Source of the DNA: Mobula hypostoma
Lineage: Eukaryota
DNA: 64,000 nt
Assembly (NCBI RefSeq): GCF_963921235.1
Contig: NC_086097.1
Span: 231,634,001 to 231,698,000 of the forward strand
Reading direction: 5' to 3'
Shown here: piece after piece, positions 47,796 to 64,000 of the stretch
Position numbering within the stretch: the first letter of the stretch is position 1
Layout: every line of letters begins with the position of its first letter
Translations under genes and position numbers: made by a program
The notes under the pieces: generated by a model
What the model was told of the DNA's origin: nothing
Databases searched by the model: none
Seen by the model: only the letters and a program-made list of their open reading frames with translations

Positions 47796-48009
47796 TCCCT
47801 CCTATATAGCCCTCCGTTTCTCTGTCATCTATGAGCCTATCTAAGAGATTTTTAGATGTATCTGTCTCTACCACCACCTCAGCTGCACATTCCCTGCACC
47901 TGCCATTCTCCGTGTAAAATATATTTACCCTTGCCTCTGACACTGTCTCTATACTTTTCCACCAAACACCTTAAAATTAGGTCCCCTTGCACTATCCATT
48001 TAGAATTAT

Positions 48010-48780
48010 AGAGTCATAGAATGCAACAGCACAGAACAGGCCTTTCACTCCATCTAGTCCGTGCTAAACTATTATGCTGCCTAGTCCCATTGACCTGCAC
48101 CCTGACCATAGCCTCCATACACCTCCCATTCATATACAGCCTTGTAAATTTTCTCTGCATTCTTTCTATCTTTTTGGTATGTTTCCTGTAGGTAGGTGAC
48201 CAGATCTGTATGCAGTACTCCAAATTAGGCCTCACTGATATCTTATGCAACTTCAACATAACATCCCAACCCCTGTATTCAGTACTTAGATTTATGAAAG
48301 CCAATGTGCCATAGGTTCTCTTTGCAACTCTATCCATCTGTGATGCCACTTCCAAGGAATTATGGATCTGTTCTCCAAGATCTCTCTGTTTCACTACAGT
48401 CCCCAGTACCTTACCACTCACCATGTAAATCCTACCCTGGTTCATTCTCCCAAAATGCAAGACCTCACACTCGTCTTCATTGAATTACATCTGCCATTTT
48501 TCAGCCTATTTTTTCAATTAGTCCAGATCTTGCTGCAAGTTTTAATAGCCTTCCTCACTGCCCACTACTCCTTGAGAAGAAGTCCCCGGCTACCCACTCT
48601 ATCTATGCCTCTTATCATCTTGAACACGTTTATCAAATCTCCTCCATTCCAAAGAGAAAAGCCCTAGCTCACTCATTCAGCAAGTCTTATCCTCGTAAGA
48701 CTGCTCTCCAAACCAGGCAGCATCTTGGAAAATCTCCTCTGTAACTTCTCAAAAGCTTTCACATTCTTTCTACAAAGAGG
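48010..48780 (-). mobile_element. Stacked decayed CR1 fragments
   Basis: ORF 48014-48460 VRPNLEYCIQIWSP. Confidence 0.75.
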
Positions 48781-48822
48781 CAACATTGAAGGTGATGGGG
48801 TGATAGGTTCAAGGGAGACATA

Positions 48823-50283
<1,461 letters not shown>

Positions 50284-50829
50284 TAAGGGGTAAGTTTCTT
50301 ACTCAGAGACATTTGGATGGGCATATGATGGAAGGAAGATGGAGGGATATGAGCATTGTGTAGGTAGTAGGGATTAATGTTTGGGTGTTTCTGATCTGCT
50401 TTTTAGCTGTTTTGGCACAACATTGTGGGCGGAATGGCTTGTTTCTATGCTGTACTCTTCTTATGTTCTAAGTTCTAACCAGAACTGAACACATTGGGGG
50501 AGTTTCATGCTGTAAAAGTGCCAGTAAACATCTTGCCGGAAAATTAGGAGATGATTTTATCAATGGATGCTAAAAACACCTATAAATATGTCCAGAATTG
50601 CTCTGCTCCACATTAATGCCATTTTCAATAGCACACCATGATTTTTCAGCTGCTCGAAGGAATTTGTAACCCAGAGGAATTGTTGGGTTGAATCATTGGA
50701 ATGAGGTTTAATTTTCAGTATTTAAAATATTTTAGGAAAAGTAATTTCTCTGCAAATAGTTGTAGGTAAATTGTGTTCAGTCTGTTGGGTCCATCCTTGC
50801 AATGGTTTCCCGTCTGCGTTAGTTATATT

Positions 50830-52175
50830 GCAGATATTCATCCGAGTTTTGTACTGCATCACTGCGTGGTAGGGAACTGCACTGCGACAGACAGGAAGGC
50901 TCTGTAACGGGTAGTTAAAACTGCCCAATGCATCACCGGCAGCAGCCTACCTGCCATCAAGGACATACGGTATATGCAGAAAGGCGCTGGGCAAAAAAGG
51001 CCCACAATATCATGAAGGATCCCACCCAGCCTTCTCATGGACTGTTTGCCCCGCTCCCATTAGGGAGGAGGTTACGCAGCATCCACACCAGGAAAACTAG
51101 ACTTAAAACCTATTACTTCCCCCAAGCCGTCAGGCTGACCAACACTTCCACCCTTTAACCCAAGCCTCCACCATCCACATTAGCCAATCCTCTCCACGGT
51201 CACTCAGCGTCCTTCATCCCTTCATACACTGCTTACACCCCACACCTCACAGTCCTATTGTGTTTCAATGGGCCCTCCTGCTACCTAGAAATGTTTCTTG
51301 CCGGGAATCACTTTATCATTTCCTGTCAGTCACCTTATGCACAGATGCTCCTGCACCTAGTGTCAAAGTTCAAAGTACATTTACTACCAAAGTATATATG
51401 CATCATCTCCTAACAGGCGGCCACGAAACGAAGAAACCCAAAAGAACCCATTAAGTAAAGAAAACCATCAGGCACCCAATGTGCAGAGAAAAAAAAACAA
51501 ATTGTGCAAACAATAACTGCAAGCAAATAGCATTCGGAACTGAAGTCCACAGAGAGAGTGTGTCCGTGGACCCTTAGTTCAGTGCAGAGCAGAGAGCTTG
51601 TCCCTCACTTCGGGCCCCGACACCCTGACCCTTTCGATCTGGTCCGGCACCTAATTCATCGTCCAAACGTCGGGTTGAGTTGCTTCAATCTCTGTGGCCT
51701 AGACCCCGCCACGTCAATTTGGCCTCTACCTGACCTTTCCAATTTTGCCCGATGCTTAAATCGATTGAACTTCAGGTCTTCCTTGCACTATGCAACAGGC
51801 CTCGCTTTGCTTCGGTTCTGCCAGATCAATTGCCTCCAAGTCCAAAGGGAAGTTACAGACCATTGCTTGTGATGATCATTTGCCAGAAAAAGAGTAATTA
51901 ACGAAGTATTTAGTTGTTTTCTTTGTTTCTTTGGCTACTAGCCAGACGTCGCTGAGATTTACCAGTGCCATCACCTCCCTCCTCCTTCACTTTATGTATG
52001 TGAAATCAGTCTGTGTATATAAACTAATATTATATACGACCATACTCAATAGCATTGTGTTTTATAGGTTTGCTTTTATATTTATATTTATTGTGTTTCT
52101 ATGCTACATTGGTTTCCTTTACAGTTATGCTGAAGAACGACAATAAACAAACTTAAATCTTGAATCTTGAATCTT
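50830..52175 (+). mobile_element. Rex1-type 3' fragment interrupted by the non-coding retroposon (~51362-51975, minus)
   Basis: CITAW*G, IMKDPTQPSHGLFAPLPLGRRLRS..YFPQAVRL; (TCTTGAA)n tail. Confidence 0.7.
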
Positions 52176-53579
52176 AATGTGCAATGATCTTGACTTGCAA
52201 CACCTGCCAACTTCATGTCACTTTTTTCCCAGAGGAAATGCACTTGCATTAATTCCCCAAACTTTGCATAGTTCTGTCCAAAATCACAAGTTATTATCAG
52301 AGAGCTCTTGCCTGGTGTTAAAATAAAATGGGAATTAACGGTTAAGAGTTCTCAACTGCTGGAAAGGACCATCTGGGAGCTGTTTAGATCGCTTTGCATT
52401 GCCTGGGGCTTAACTGGTGCTAAATCAGTGTGAGACCAACCCCTGGAGCTCATGCCTATACTTAATTGAGCTGACTCCACAGCCGAGTTACTGAGACGGT
52501 GCAAAGTTGAAAATGCTTCTCTCATTGACACAGGCTTGGTAATCTTTAGTTTGATTCATCTGACAACCCCCTTTTCTCGAGAGAGGGAGAGGTTGTGGAT
52601 TTGAGTTGCAGACCAGGACAAGAAGTGAAACCTTGTTTATACTGAATTATTCTGGAGCTCAGCAGGGGGGCTGAGGGTTCTGCTTGCCTGTTATATGCCC
52701 ATATCTGAGATTTTGCTGGGTTTAAATCAGTCATTTATAACATTATAGATATAGGCGAGTCTACAGATGCTGGAAATCTTAAACAAGCACAGATTGTGTT
52801 GGTTGTTCACACAAATTACACATTTCACTGAATGTTTCAACATGCATGTGATAAATAAACAAATCTGAAAATTGGGACACTTAGATAATTCATTTTGAAG
52901 AATGGGCTTTACATAGCTTTTGCTTTGATGAAAAAGAGAGCTAGACTCAAGTGTTGGACTCGTTCACCCTTTTACTGGTTGCAAATTTAGCCAGCTCCAT
53001 CATGGGCACTAGCTTCCCTACGTCTTCAAAGGGTGGTGCCTCACGCAAATGGCATCCATCATTAAGGACCCTCACCATTCGGAACATGCTCTCTTCTCAT
53101 TGCTACCATCAGGGACGAGGTACAGGAGCCTGAAGACACACACACTCAACGTTTTAGGAATAGCTTCTTCCCCTCCTGGCCTTCACGTGTGGTGGAACGG
53201 TTTCTACTGACGGGAGAGAGGGCAAAGGCAGGTTTCCGTCTCTTTAAAACCAGTCGCTTCAGGCAGATGGGGCTTGTCAGCCGTGGTTGGCAGCTCATCT
53301 TGGAGAAGGAAAACTCTGATCTCAAACCTCCATTGCCTTGCCGCTATACCCACTCATGGGGAAGGCTTTGGGAGTAAACCTGAGGGAAAAATCCAGAGCT
53401 GCAGTCCCTAAGGCAGTCCTATGCTGAGTTCAACACTGACTGGCGACTCCTGCGGTGCTGCTGGTCCCAAACTGTATCGGTCTCTGCCGTTCCATTGGGT
53501 TCATCAGATGCGTGGAGAGGGCAAGCTTACTACATGTCTAACAGCTTGCTCGCAATATTGTACTGCCCTGGCTTGTGTA

Positions 53580-55198
<1,619 letters not shown>

Positions 55199-55984
55199 TA
55201 TCTAAACAGCTAGGATGCAACATCTATTGTCAACTCTGACCAACGGTGGCCACATATATTTCTCTTTGTAACTTATAGTATTTTTTATGTATTGCTGCTG
55301 CAAAATAACATTTTTCATGACATATTCAGTGATAACAAGCCTGATTCTGTATTATTCAAGTCTGGGGCTCTCCTGATAGAAGATAATTGGACTTTAGTGC
55401 AAGCATCCCAGGGAAAAAAAAATGACCAGAACAGCAATAATGTTACAGAATATTCTTTGGCTTGAGTCAGAATTTAAACTCAGCTTCCTGCTCCAGAACC
55501 ATAAGGCAGAACTGCATCCCTACATGGAAGGGAAAAAGGAACAGTCTCTTGAGTCATTTTCTTTGTTTTGAAGTCAACAATCATCTGAAATGAATTGGTA
55601 CCTCAGGGATATATTTCTGCCAAAAATGTAACAATATCTCACAGCAGTTATAACACACTAGAAATACTCTTCACACAGCTGAGAGTTTCGCATATTATTC
55701 CTTCTGGTTCCTTTTAAGAAACAAAACAATTCAAAGCACCCTGCTGTTCGTTTTGATTAACTACAATAGACTATGAGCCGAGTAGCAGCCAGTCCTTTCT
55801 TCGTGTGATTGTACAAGCTTGTTTGTTGTTCTTTGTCACTGCATCTTACATTGTTTATGCTATTCCCATGAACTGTCTCCTTTGCAGTGGCATTCATGGG
55901 AATCAACACAGAAACATTACACAGTAAAGGAACTCTTTATCTATCAAATCTATAAAAACCTGCAACAGAAAAACTGCCGTTAAA

Positions 55985-56570
55985 AAACCTTTGCATCATC
56001 CATCACAAGCGGGACCTCCCAGCGGCCAATCACTTTAATTCCCATTCCCATTCCTGCTTCGATATATCGATCCATGGCCTCCTCTTGTGCCAAGGTGAGG
56101 CCGCACTCAGGGTGGAGGGGCAACACCATAAGTTTTGCCTGGGTACACTCCAGCCTGATGGCATGATTATTCATTTCTCCTCCCGGTGAACAAAATTTTC
56201 CCCATCCCCTCCTCTATTCCCCACTCTGACTTTTTACTTCTTCTCACCTGCCTATCGCTTCACCCTGTGTCCCCTCCTCCTTCCCTTTCTCCAATGGTTC
56301 GCTCTCCTCTCCTCTCGGATTCTTTCTTCTCCAGCCCTTGACCTTTCCCTCTCACATGGTTTCATCGATCACCTTCCAGCTAGCCTCTTACCCATCTCCC
56401 TACCTTTTAACTCAGACCTCTCCCCGCTTCCCTCTCTGTCCCGATGAAGGGTCTCGGCCCAAAACGTCAACTGTTTACTCTTTTCCATAGATTGCTGCCT
56501 GACCTGCTGAGCTCCTCCAGCGTTTTGTGTGTGTTGCTGTGGATTTTCAGGATCTGCAGATTTGTTTCTT
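55985..56570 (+). mobile_element. Older PLE GIY-YIG C-terminus plus pLTR
   Basis: LPAANHFNS, RVEGQHHKFCLGTLQPDGM; degenerate hammerhead at ~56437-56473. Confidence 0.75.
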
Positions 56571-57850
56571 TTAATTAATGATTTCAATGCATTCCAACAC
56601 TTCCAGCTTTTGCCATGTTCTTTATCACTGCCCATGACTAATGCTGTTGCTTCATATCAAGGTGTGCAGTGTGTGAATAAATTTTAAATCCTTTTTTGAT
56701 TGAAGGCTTCTCTCATCTCTGGACTACTGCAAAAAAATGGGTGAAAAATGATCTTCCTATTTTGGATGTTTTGGAAGGCTTACTTAAGATAAATCAATGA
56801 CTCTTGGTAATTGTTATGCCAACAAGCTCTGTGATTGAACAGGAAGTAAATATAAAAACATTAGAAAATACCAAATAAGGAAAAAATTCCACTAAATTAC
56901 TTCTTTAGATCACCCATAATCTGTGGTATCTACATCAATATAACATAGTGGGTTGCATGGACAGATTAGGTAATCCAGGAGTAGACACTAATGTTGCAGA
57001 AATATGAATTCAAGCCCCAAGTGGGAACTTGGGAAATAAAATCAAGTAAATTCTGGTTGTATTGGGAAAAAATGGTCATAAAACGACGAGAATTACTGAG
57101 AATGCATTTGATTCAACTTCAGGGACACATGTGTGCTGCCCTTAGCTAATGTTTTGAATCAGTCAGTTTTAAAGATGCCGATGCAGAGTCAGGACCTGAA
57201 ATGTTGACCATCCCTTTCCCTCCACAGAGACTGTGCTCCTCCGGCAGTTTGTTTGTGCACTCCGGACTCCAGCCAGTGTATTCTCTTGTGTCTCCAATTC
57301 AAAGACAATGAGGAACAAACAATCAGTGTTGACCATTATTGGAATAAATAACTTTGGTCCACAGATCATAACTTACTTCTTAGATCAGTAACGCTTTTTT
57401 GTCTGTAGAAACCACATATCCATCAATCTGCTAATGGAATAAACTTCTTCTAAAATGTATAAACTTCCATGTTCCCTTGATCATTTTGGCCTAAAGGTCT
57501 ATTCCATCACTAATTTTCCCTCTGGACTATTTTGCCCACATTCCCCTCGATACTCCTAGATTCTACCACACTCTCAGGGGAATTTAGAGTAGTCAACTAA
57601 TGAAATTAATTGCACATATTGGAGATATAGGGGGAGAGTGGTGCAGCTGGAGGACTATAGTATCATAAACATAGTCATAGTCATACTTTATTGATCCCGG
57701 GGGAAATTGGTTAACATAGCACAGGAGCAAAATTAGGTCATTCAGTCCATTGAGTCTGCTCTGCCATTCGATCATGACTGATTCATTAATCCTCTCAACC
57801 CTATTCTCCTGCCTTCTCTCTGTTACTTTTAACATCCTTACTAATCAAAA

Positions 57851-58210
57851 TGGGTGGTGGGGTGGAGATCCATCTATACCAGAGGAGGTGTAAGGTGCTC
57901 CTTCTCCTCGCTAGCTTGCAGGTCACCCTTGGGCAAGGTGTAGCACCTGCTTCCCTCCCCACTCAGGTCTCTTCAACCCATGGGAGCAGGTGGCAGGTGG
58001 TCGTGTGAGTGGCTGGTGCACATCGCAAGTCCTGCTGATGCAACCACTGATACCAGGCAGACAATCTCTGAAGAGTATTGATAATGGCCGGGGTCACCTT
58101 CTTTGTAAAGACACTGCCCAGAATAAGACAATGGCAAACCACTCCTGTAGAAAAATATGCCAAGAACAGTCACGGTCGTGGAAAGACCACGATCGTCATA
58201 TAACACAGCA
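57851..58210 (+). mobile_element. RTE-derived SINE with Bov-A-like 3' segment
   Basis: CAATGGCAAACCACTCCTGTAGAAAAATATGCCAAGAAC; homologous to 7160-7430. Confidence 0.65.
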
Positions 58211-58884
58211 CTAAAACAAACTGATCGAAAACCGATGGGCCTCCCATTTAAATATACCCAGTGAGTTTGCCTCCACAGATGTCTGTGCCAATGAATTCCA
58301 CAGATTCACCACCATCTGGTTAAAGAAATTTGACCCTCCACATATGCAAACTCCACAAAGGTAGGGCTGGAGGTCTGAGTTAAACAGTGTCATTAGACCT
58401 GGGTGCTTCCAGATCCACTACTGCACCACTATATTGACAACATTCCTTTGAAGCTTGTGAATGCTCTGGTTAAGATTACTACAGTTATGCTGTAGACATT
58501 TCATTTTCGCAGCTTCTCCAAAACAGTGTGGCCTGCTGGTAGAATGTTTGGTTTCGGCTAAAGACAGGGGTATATTGTTTATGAAGGGAGGCCTTCTCAT
58601 CACGGAGTCTTGTGGCTGTTAGCAGAGCTGGCTAATGAGGCAAGTTTGCATATGAGCTTGTTGAGGGGGTTACACTTGTCATTGGGAAACATTGCTGCTC
58701 TTGTCTGGCACAAAGAGAAGTGAGTTAGTTTAATTCCTACAACACCTATGCTTCCAAAAGTGAGTAATTGGCATTGATTTTTTGACCTGTGACCCTGAAA
58801 TCCATGCCAATGTCTACGCCCCTCTCATGCCCCCTCCTGCTTTCTCTTGTCTAAATTTATCATTAACCTTTTGTTCTTTGTTTG

Positions 58885-59463
58885 TGAGTCCTCCATTGGT
58901 TGGGTTTGACCATAGACGTTGTGTCCTGGTGCATCCCAGGATACACAAGCCCGGGATACACATGCAGTACAATATTGAGAGCAAGCTGTTGCCCATGTAG
59001 CAAGCTCCCCCTCTCCAAGTATCTGACGAATCCAAAGGAATGGCAGAAACCAATGCAGTTTGTTGCCAGCAGCATTGCAGGAGTTTCCAGTCAGCATTGA
59101 ACTCAACATAGGACTGCCAGATTTTTCCTTTGGATTTTACTCCCGAAGCCTTTCCCATGAGTGAATATAGCTGCAAGGCAGCAGAAATTTGAGATCAGAG
59201 TTTACCTTCTCCTAGATGAATTGCTAAGTATGGCTGACAAGCCCAATCTGCCCAAAGCAACTGGTTTTAAGGTGTCAGTTACCCACTTTTGCCACTCTCC
59301 TGTCAGTAGAAACTGTTTCACCAAGCTTAGTAGCTAAGCCACATGTGAAGGCCCGGAGCTGGACTTGATTGTCAGAGGCTACTTGAGGCGCATGGCATTG
59401 GGAGCATTTAATAGGTAGTGGGAGCTTGTCCCCATTACCACCCGGCCAGCTATAACAACTTTA
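58885..59463 (-). mobile_element. RTE-like non-autonomous element, longest copy
   Basis: GGAGAAGGTAAACTCTGATCTCAAA, GGCTTCGGGAGTAAA motifs; three copies in the window. Confidence 0.7.
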
Positions 59464-59504
59464 AAGAACTTTCCCATACTGACTAAGCAATTCACTTCAA
59501 CCAC

Positions 59505-59892
59505 TCTCTCTGACGGTGGTGTCAGAAAAGAGGATGCTGTCCAAGTTGCATGCCATCTTGGACAATGTCTCCCATCCATTACATAATGTACTGGGTGGGC
59601 ACAGGAGTACATTCAGCCAGAGACTCATTCCACCGAGATGCAGCACAGAGTGTCATAGGAAGTCATTACTGCCTGTGGCCATCAAACTTTACAACTCCTC
59701 CCTTGGAGGGTCAGACACTCTGAGCCAATAGGCTGGTCCTGGACTTATTTCCATCTGGCATAACTTACATATTATTATTTAATTATTTATGGTTTTATAT
59801 TGCTATATTTATACTCTATTCTTGGTTGGTGCAACTGTAATGAAACCCAATTTCCCTCGGGATCAATAAAGTATGTCTATCTATCTATCTAT
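59505..59892 (+). mobile_element. Rex1 lineage B 3' fragment
   Basis: ORF 59516-59731; (CTAT)n tail. Confidence 0.9.
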
Positions 59893-60324
59893 AACAAGTT
59901 ACGCATTCGTTAGTACCCTTTGCATTCATTGTTAGGTTTGTTAGTGTCTGATCATGACCCATCACAATCCTACATTTCCCTGTAAACCTCCTCCAACTCT
60001 GTGACTCTGTCATTTAAAGACATGTCCTTGTGCAGAAAGTAACACCCTCCCCACCAACCACCAAAGCATTTCACACACATCTAATCAGAATTAAATAGAC
60101 TCTGAGCCAATGATCTTCAAGAGTGACCAGAATATTGGTCAAAGAGGAGCTGGATGTTAAACAGGAGATTCAGGAGTTTTAAAAGAGTAATGTTAAACCA
60201 CAAGGCCTAGGTGTTGAAGGTAAGGATGCCAAAGTTGGAACAAGAGAATTGGAGTGTGGAGGCTGATAGAGATGAATCATTGGGTAGAGCTCTGTAGAAG
60301 GATTTAAGCATTTTCCCATAATTG

Positions 60325-60961
60325 CAGACATCCCACCTCTCCTGGAAGTTTATAGTGGCTCCCTGACACCCGCAAACTATATACAATCCCGGAAATCAAT
60401 TTTTTTGAGAGTGAGCAAGAGGGAGATGGAGATGGGGGGGGGGGTGGGGGAGAGAGAGAGAGAGAGAGAGTGTGTGTGACAGAGAAAGCATCCTGATTGG
60501 TCTCTGTTTGTGCTAAGTAGACCTATCAGTTTTCTCTGTGGGCGGGCTTTACAGTCGACCTCTCTCTCTCTTTCATTGTCCATCAGGTCAGTTTAGTGTC
60601 CTGCAGCGCCATGGTAGAGTGTTCCAAAAAAAGAAAATATAAAACATACGTCACCCCAGACTACACTAAAGTGTACCCCTGCCTAATAAAGGTCAAAAAT
60701 AATGACAGTGTTGCTCACTGCACTGTTTGCAACAGTGATTTTTCCCTTGCCCATGGTAGGTTAAATGAATGTAAAGGACATGTTGAGGTGAGTTTAACAG
60801 GTGTCATTTGTTCATTAGCATAGCTAACATTCATAATCAAATGTCCTGTATACATACACCCATGGATGTCGACTGGGGGTGGGGGGGGGAATATGGGGTT
60901 GTGGGGGGCGGGGTGGTGGTGCTACCTCCCTGAAATGAGTTTTTGCAGGATGGGATGTCTG
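60325..60961 (+). mobile_element. Non-autonomous hAT-like element with 6-bp TSD, retaining the first transposase exon (60611-60787)
   Basis: TIR CAGACATCCCA / TGGGATGTCTG; TSD TAATTG at 60319-24 and 60962-67; MVECSKKRKYK...AHCTVCNSDFSLAHG...H (BED-like finger) then GTGAGT. Confidence 0.8.
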
Positions 60962-60979
60962 TAATTGTAAACAAATGAC

Positions 60980-61883
60980 CTTTTGTTATATACATATTTA
61001 CTGATCTTTATAGCACCCTCCACCATCTATGAATTCGTCAATGACTCTAGTGTTGCTGGTAGAACCTCAGATGGTGACGAGGAGGCATACAGGTGTGATT
61101 CTGACCAGTGGTGCTCCAGTAGCAACCTCATTCTCTACATCAGCAAGAATAAGGAAATGATTGTGAACTTCAGGAAGGGGAGGTTGGGAGAACACACAAT
61201 GGGTCCTCATTGAGAGGTCAGCAGTGGAAAGAATGCACAGCATGTTACGGGGCATCAGCACCTCAGAGGACCTATCCTGGACCAAACACATTGATGCAAT
61301 CACAAAGAAGGCATGCCAATGACTCTGTTAGGAGTTTGAGGAGATTTGGTATGTCACCAAAGATTGTTTCAGTTTTCTATAGATTTACTGTGGAGGGCAT
61401 TCTGACCGATTATGTCATGTTCTGGTATAAAGTCCGCAGTGCGCAGGATCACAAGGGGCTACGTAGGGTGTGGACTCAGCCAGCTTCGTCACAGGCACAA
61501 CTGTCCCACCACTGAGGATGTCATCGAGACAGTGCCTCATGAAGTGGCATCCATCACTCAGGACCCTCACCATTGGGACGTGCCCTCTTCTCGTTAAAAC
61601 TTCAAGGAGGAGGTACAGTAGGGCAAAGACCAACATTGAACAATTCAGAAGCAGTTTCTTCCCCTCTGCCACCAGATTTTTTAAAGGTCTATGAACCCAT
61701 AAATACAATCTCAATATTCCTTTTTTGCACAATTTATGTATTTTTCTAATTTATAGTAAGTTTTGTGTAACTTATAGTCATTTTTGTGTTATTTATAGTA
61801 ATTTTTGTACTGTATTGCTGCCAGTAAACAACACACAGTATTTTACATCATCTAAGTCGGTGATAATAAATCTGATTCTGATT
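60980..61883 (+). mobile_element. Decayed Rex1/Babar LINE
   Basis: IYEFVNDS, SKNKEMIVNFRK, RSLRRFGMS, FRSSFFPSA; CTGATTCTGATT tail. Confidence 0.8.
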
Positions 61884-61899
61884 ATTTTATATTTATTTT

Positions 61900-64000
61900 G
61901 ATAACTTATTTACCCAGGTTGCTCGTCGACAAGGGATGATCAAGTATCGCCAGCATTCCTTCAGGATAGTTCAAGGTTACAGTCCTGAAGTGATGAAGGA
62001 ACGACTGACTTTTAAACCTCTAATGTCGGAATGCTATCAAAAAAATCTCAAACCGGCACTATTGTATCCTGCACGTCTCAGAATCTCTCTTCCCGATGGA
62101 AATTGTCGTGTTTTCCATTCTACAACTGCTGCCCGAAGCTTTTTGGATGATAAGTTCCCTTCTGATACCCTCTCTTAATCTGTGTTGGGTGCTTCCAGCA
62201 CCAATTTTTTTTTCTTCTGGTGTTTTCTTTATAAAATGAACCTCTTATTATCGCGCGATGAAGGTTTATTTTAAGTCTAAGATTTTTGTTCTCTATTTAC
62301 TACTATAGTTGTTATTCTATAACTTATATAGAATATTTATCTTCTGTAAATTAACATCAGTTTTCTTTTGGTTAACCTTTTGTTTTAACTTTTCCTTTTT
62401 CGCTATTATTTATGATATGATTCGACAATCATTTTTAGTTATATGTTTCCTACTTTTGGTTTTCGCATAATCAAAATGGCGACTTGTCTTTCTTTTTGTT
62501 TAGCCTCCTTTGTTTCTTTTTCGGGACGCCATGTTCCTATGCTTCTTCTTCCCATAATCCTCCTTTCATTTTGGAAGCGATTTTTTATTTATTCGTTTAT
62601 AACTAATTATATGTACTGACTTTTTAAATTTATATATTTTACTAATTTTTATTATGTAGATTAATTATTATACTGGTTATTTTTTACATGCATTAGTTTC
62701 TGGGAGATCTTTTATTTAACATATATTTTTGGAGTTGCCCCCTGCAGAAATAGGGTTAGAATTAGTTTTAGTTAGAGCTTCCTTCAGCCATTTCTGGCTT
62801 AGTTCGGGGTTCTTGGGGATGGGGGGTGGGTCAGTCCTTTTCTTTTTTAATTTTTTCTATTGGGCTGCTTCAGAACTACCAAGATGTCCGCAGTGTCGGG
62901 ATTTCTGGTTCCTCTCTAATCATGTATTCCTCTTCCGGTTCTATGAGTTCACATTGTGGTTAACCCTTTTCTTACCAAAGGGTTAACTCTTAATTATGGC
63001 TCATACTATTAATTTTGTTTCTTGGAACACAAATGGTTTAAACCATCCTATAAAACGGAAAAAGGTTTTCAAAGTGTTCCAAAGACTGAATGATCATATT
63101 ATTTTTGCACAAGAGACTCATGTAAGGAAAGAGGATAATCAATGCTTCTTTAAGTTTTGGAAAGATTAACAATACCACTCAAATGCTCAAGCTAAAATTA
63201 AAGGAGTTTCAATTTTTATTGATCCTTCAATTACATTTATTCATCAAGACATTATTTCGGATCCTAATGGCAGATTTTTGTTAATTACTGGGGTACTTTT
63301 AATAAAAAGGTCGCTATGGTGAATGTTTATGCTCCGAATGTGGATTACCCTGAATTTTTTAAACAATTATTCACTTCCTTTCCTAACTTAAACGAGTATA
63401 TGTTGATAATGGATGGTGATTTTAATTTATGTCTGAATCCCATGTTGGACAGATCTATAGCTAGTCCGGCTTTACCTAACAAGTCGGCTACTATTATTAA
63501 TTCTTTTATGTTGGATTCTGGGATTTTAGAAATTTGGAGATTTCTATATCCAAATGACAAGGAATTCTCCTTTTTTTCACATGTTCACCGTTCTTTTTCC
63601 CGAATTGATTATTTTTTGATTGACTCTCGTTTGATTCCAGATGTACTTGATTGTAATTATGATAGTATTGTTATTTCAGATCATGCTCCACTGAAACTTT
63701 CCATCAAGTTAATGGACACCTCTTGTACTAGCCGACAATGGCGATTTAACCCTATTTTGCTTCAAGATCAAGATTTTGTCAAATTTATAAAGGAGCAGAT
63801 CGATTTCTTTTTTTCAACTAATACTACGGACGAAGTTTCCAATGGAACTGTTTGGAATGCCTTTAAAGCTTATATCCGTGGTCAGATCATTTCCTATTTG
63901 GCTGGTTTGAAAAAACGTGTTAACAATGAAGTACTTTTGTTGGTTGATAAAATTAAAGAAGTCGATAAAAAATATGCTATTTCTCCCAGTAAGGAGCTGT
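61900..64000 (+). mobile_element. L1-clade LINE: ORF1 C-terminus (to 62178), T-rich spacer, ORF2 endonuclease from 62996 (runs off window)
   Basis: ORF1 RIVQGYSPEV..R..F..ALLYPARLRI; ORF2 VSWNTNGL, AQETH, DPNGRF, NVYAPN, GDFN, SRIDYFL, SDHAPL with one stop and one frameshift. Confidence 0.92.

Noticed and set aside
53178..53260. HDV-like ribozyme suggested by GCC-TTCACGT (CPEB3-like loop)
   Set aside because: Could not build P1, P2 and the J4/2 catalytic strand by eye; left unclaimed pending a descriptor search.
60431..60478. G-run and (AG)n/(TG)n tract as a functional G-quadruplex
   Set aside because: Simple low-complexity sequence inside the hAT-like element; no independent support.

Overview
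Eukaryotic, non-microbial DNA, most likely from a cartilaginous fish (probably a ray). This is inferred from HE1-like V-SINEs, HER1-like CR1 LINEs and a SacSINE1-like DeuSINE. The window is intronic or intergenic and is dominated by nested, mostly truncated transposable elements: CR1, two Rex1/Babar lineages, L2, L1 and Tx1, a HERO-type restriction-endonuclease LINE, Penelope-like elements (PLEs) carrying minimal hammerhead ribozymes, RTE-derived and tRNA-derived SINEs, hAT elements and three Tc1 elements. No host protein-coding gene could be identified with confidence, and nearly all ORFs in the track are TE fragments or their antisense shadows. Most notable: (1) a Sleeping Beauty-family Tc1 copy with both IR/DR ends and TA duplication (48823-50283), a horizontal-transfer candidate; (2) two distinct families of PLE-type hammerhead motifs, including a perfect 93-bp-arm palindrome and a small fold-back element; (3) a frameshifted SGNH/GDSL-hydrolase ORF absent from the ORF track (31510-31935); (4) a hAT-like element with a 6-bp TSD that retains promoter motifs and an intact zinc-finger first exon (60325-60961). 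Family names come from motif recognition by eye, not database searches. Boundaries of old fragments are approximate.
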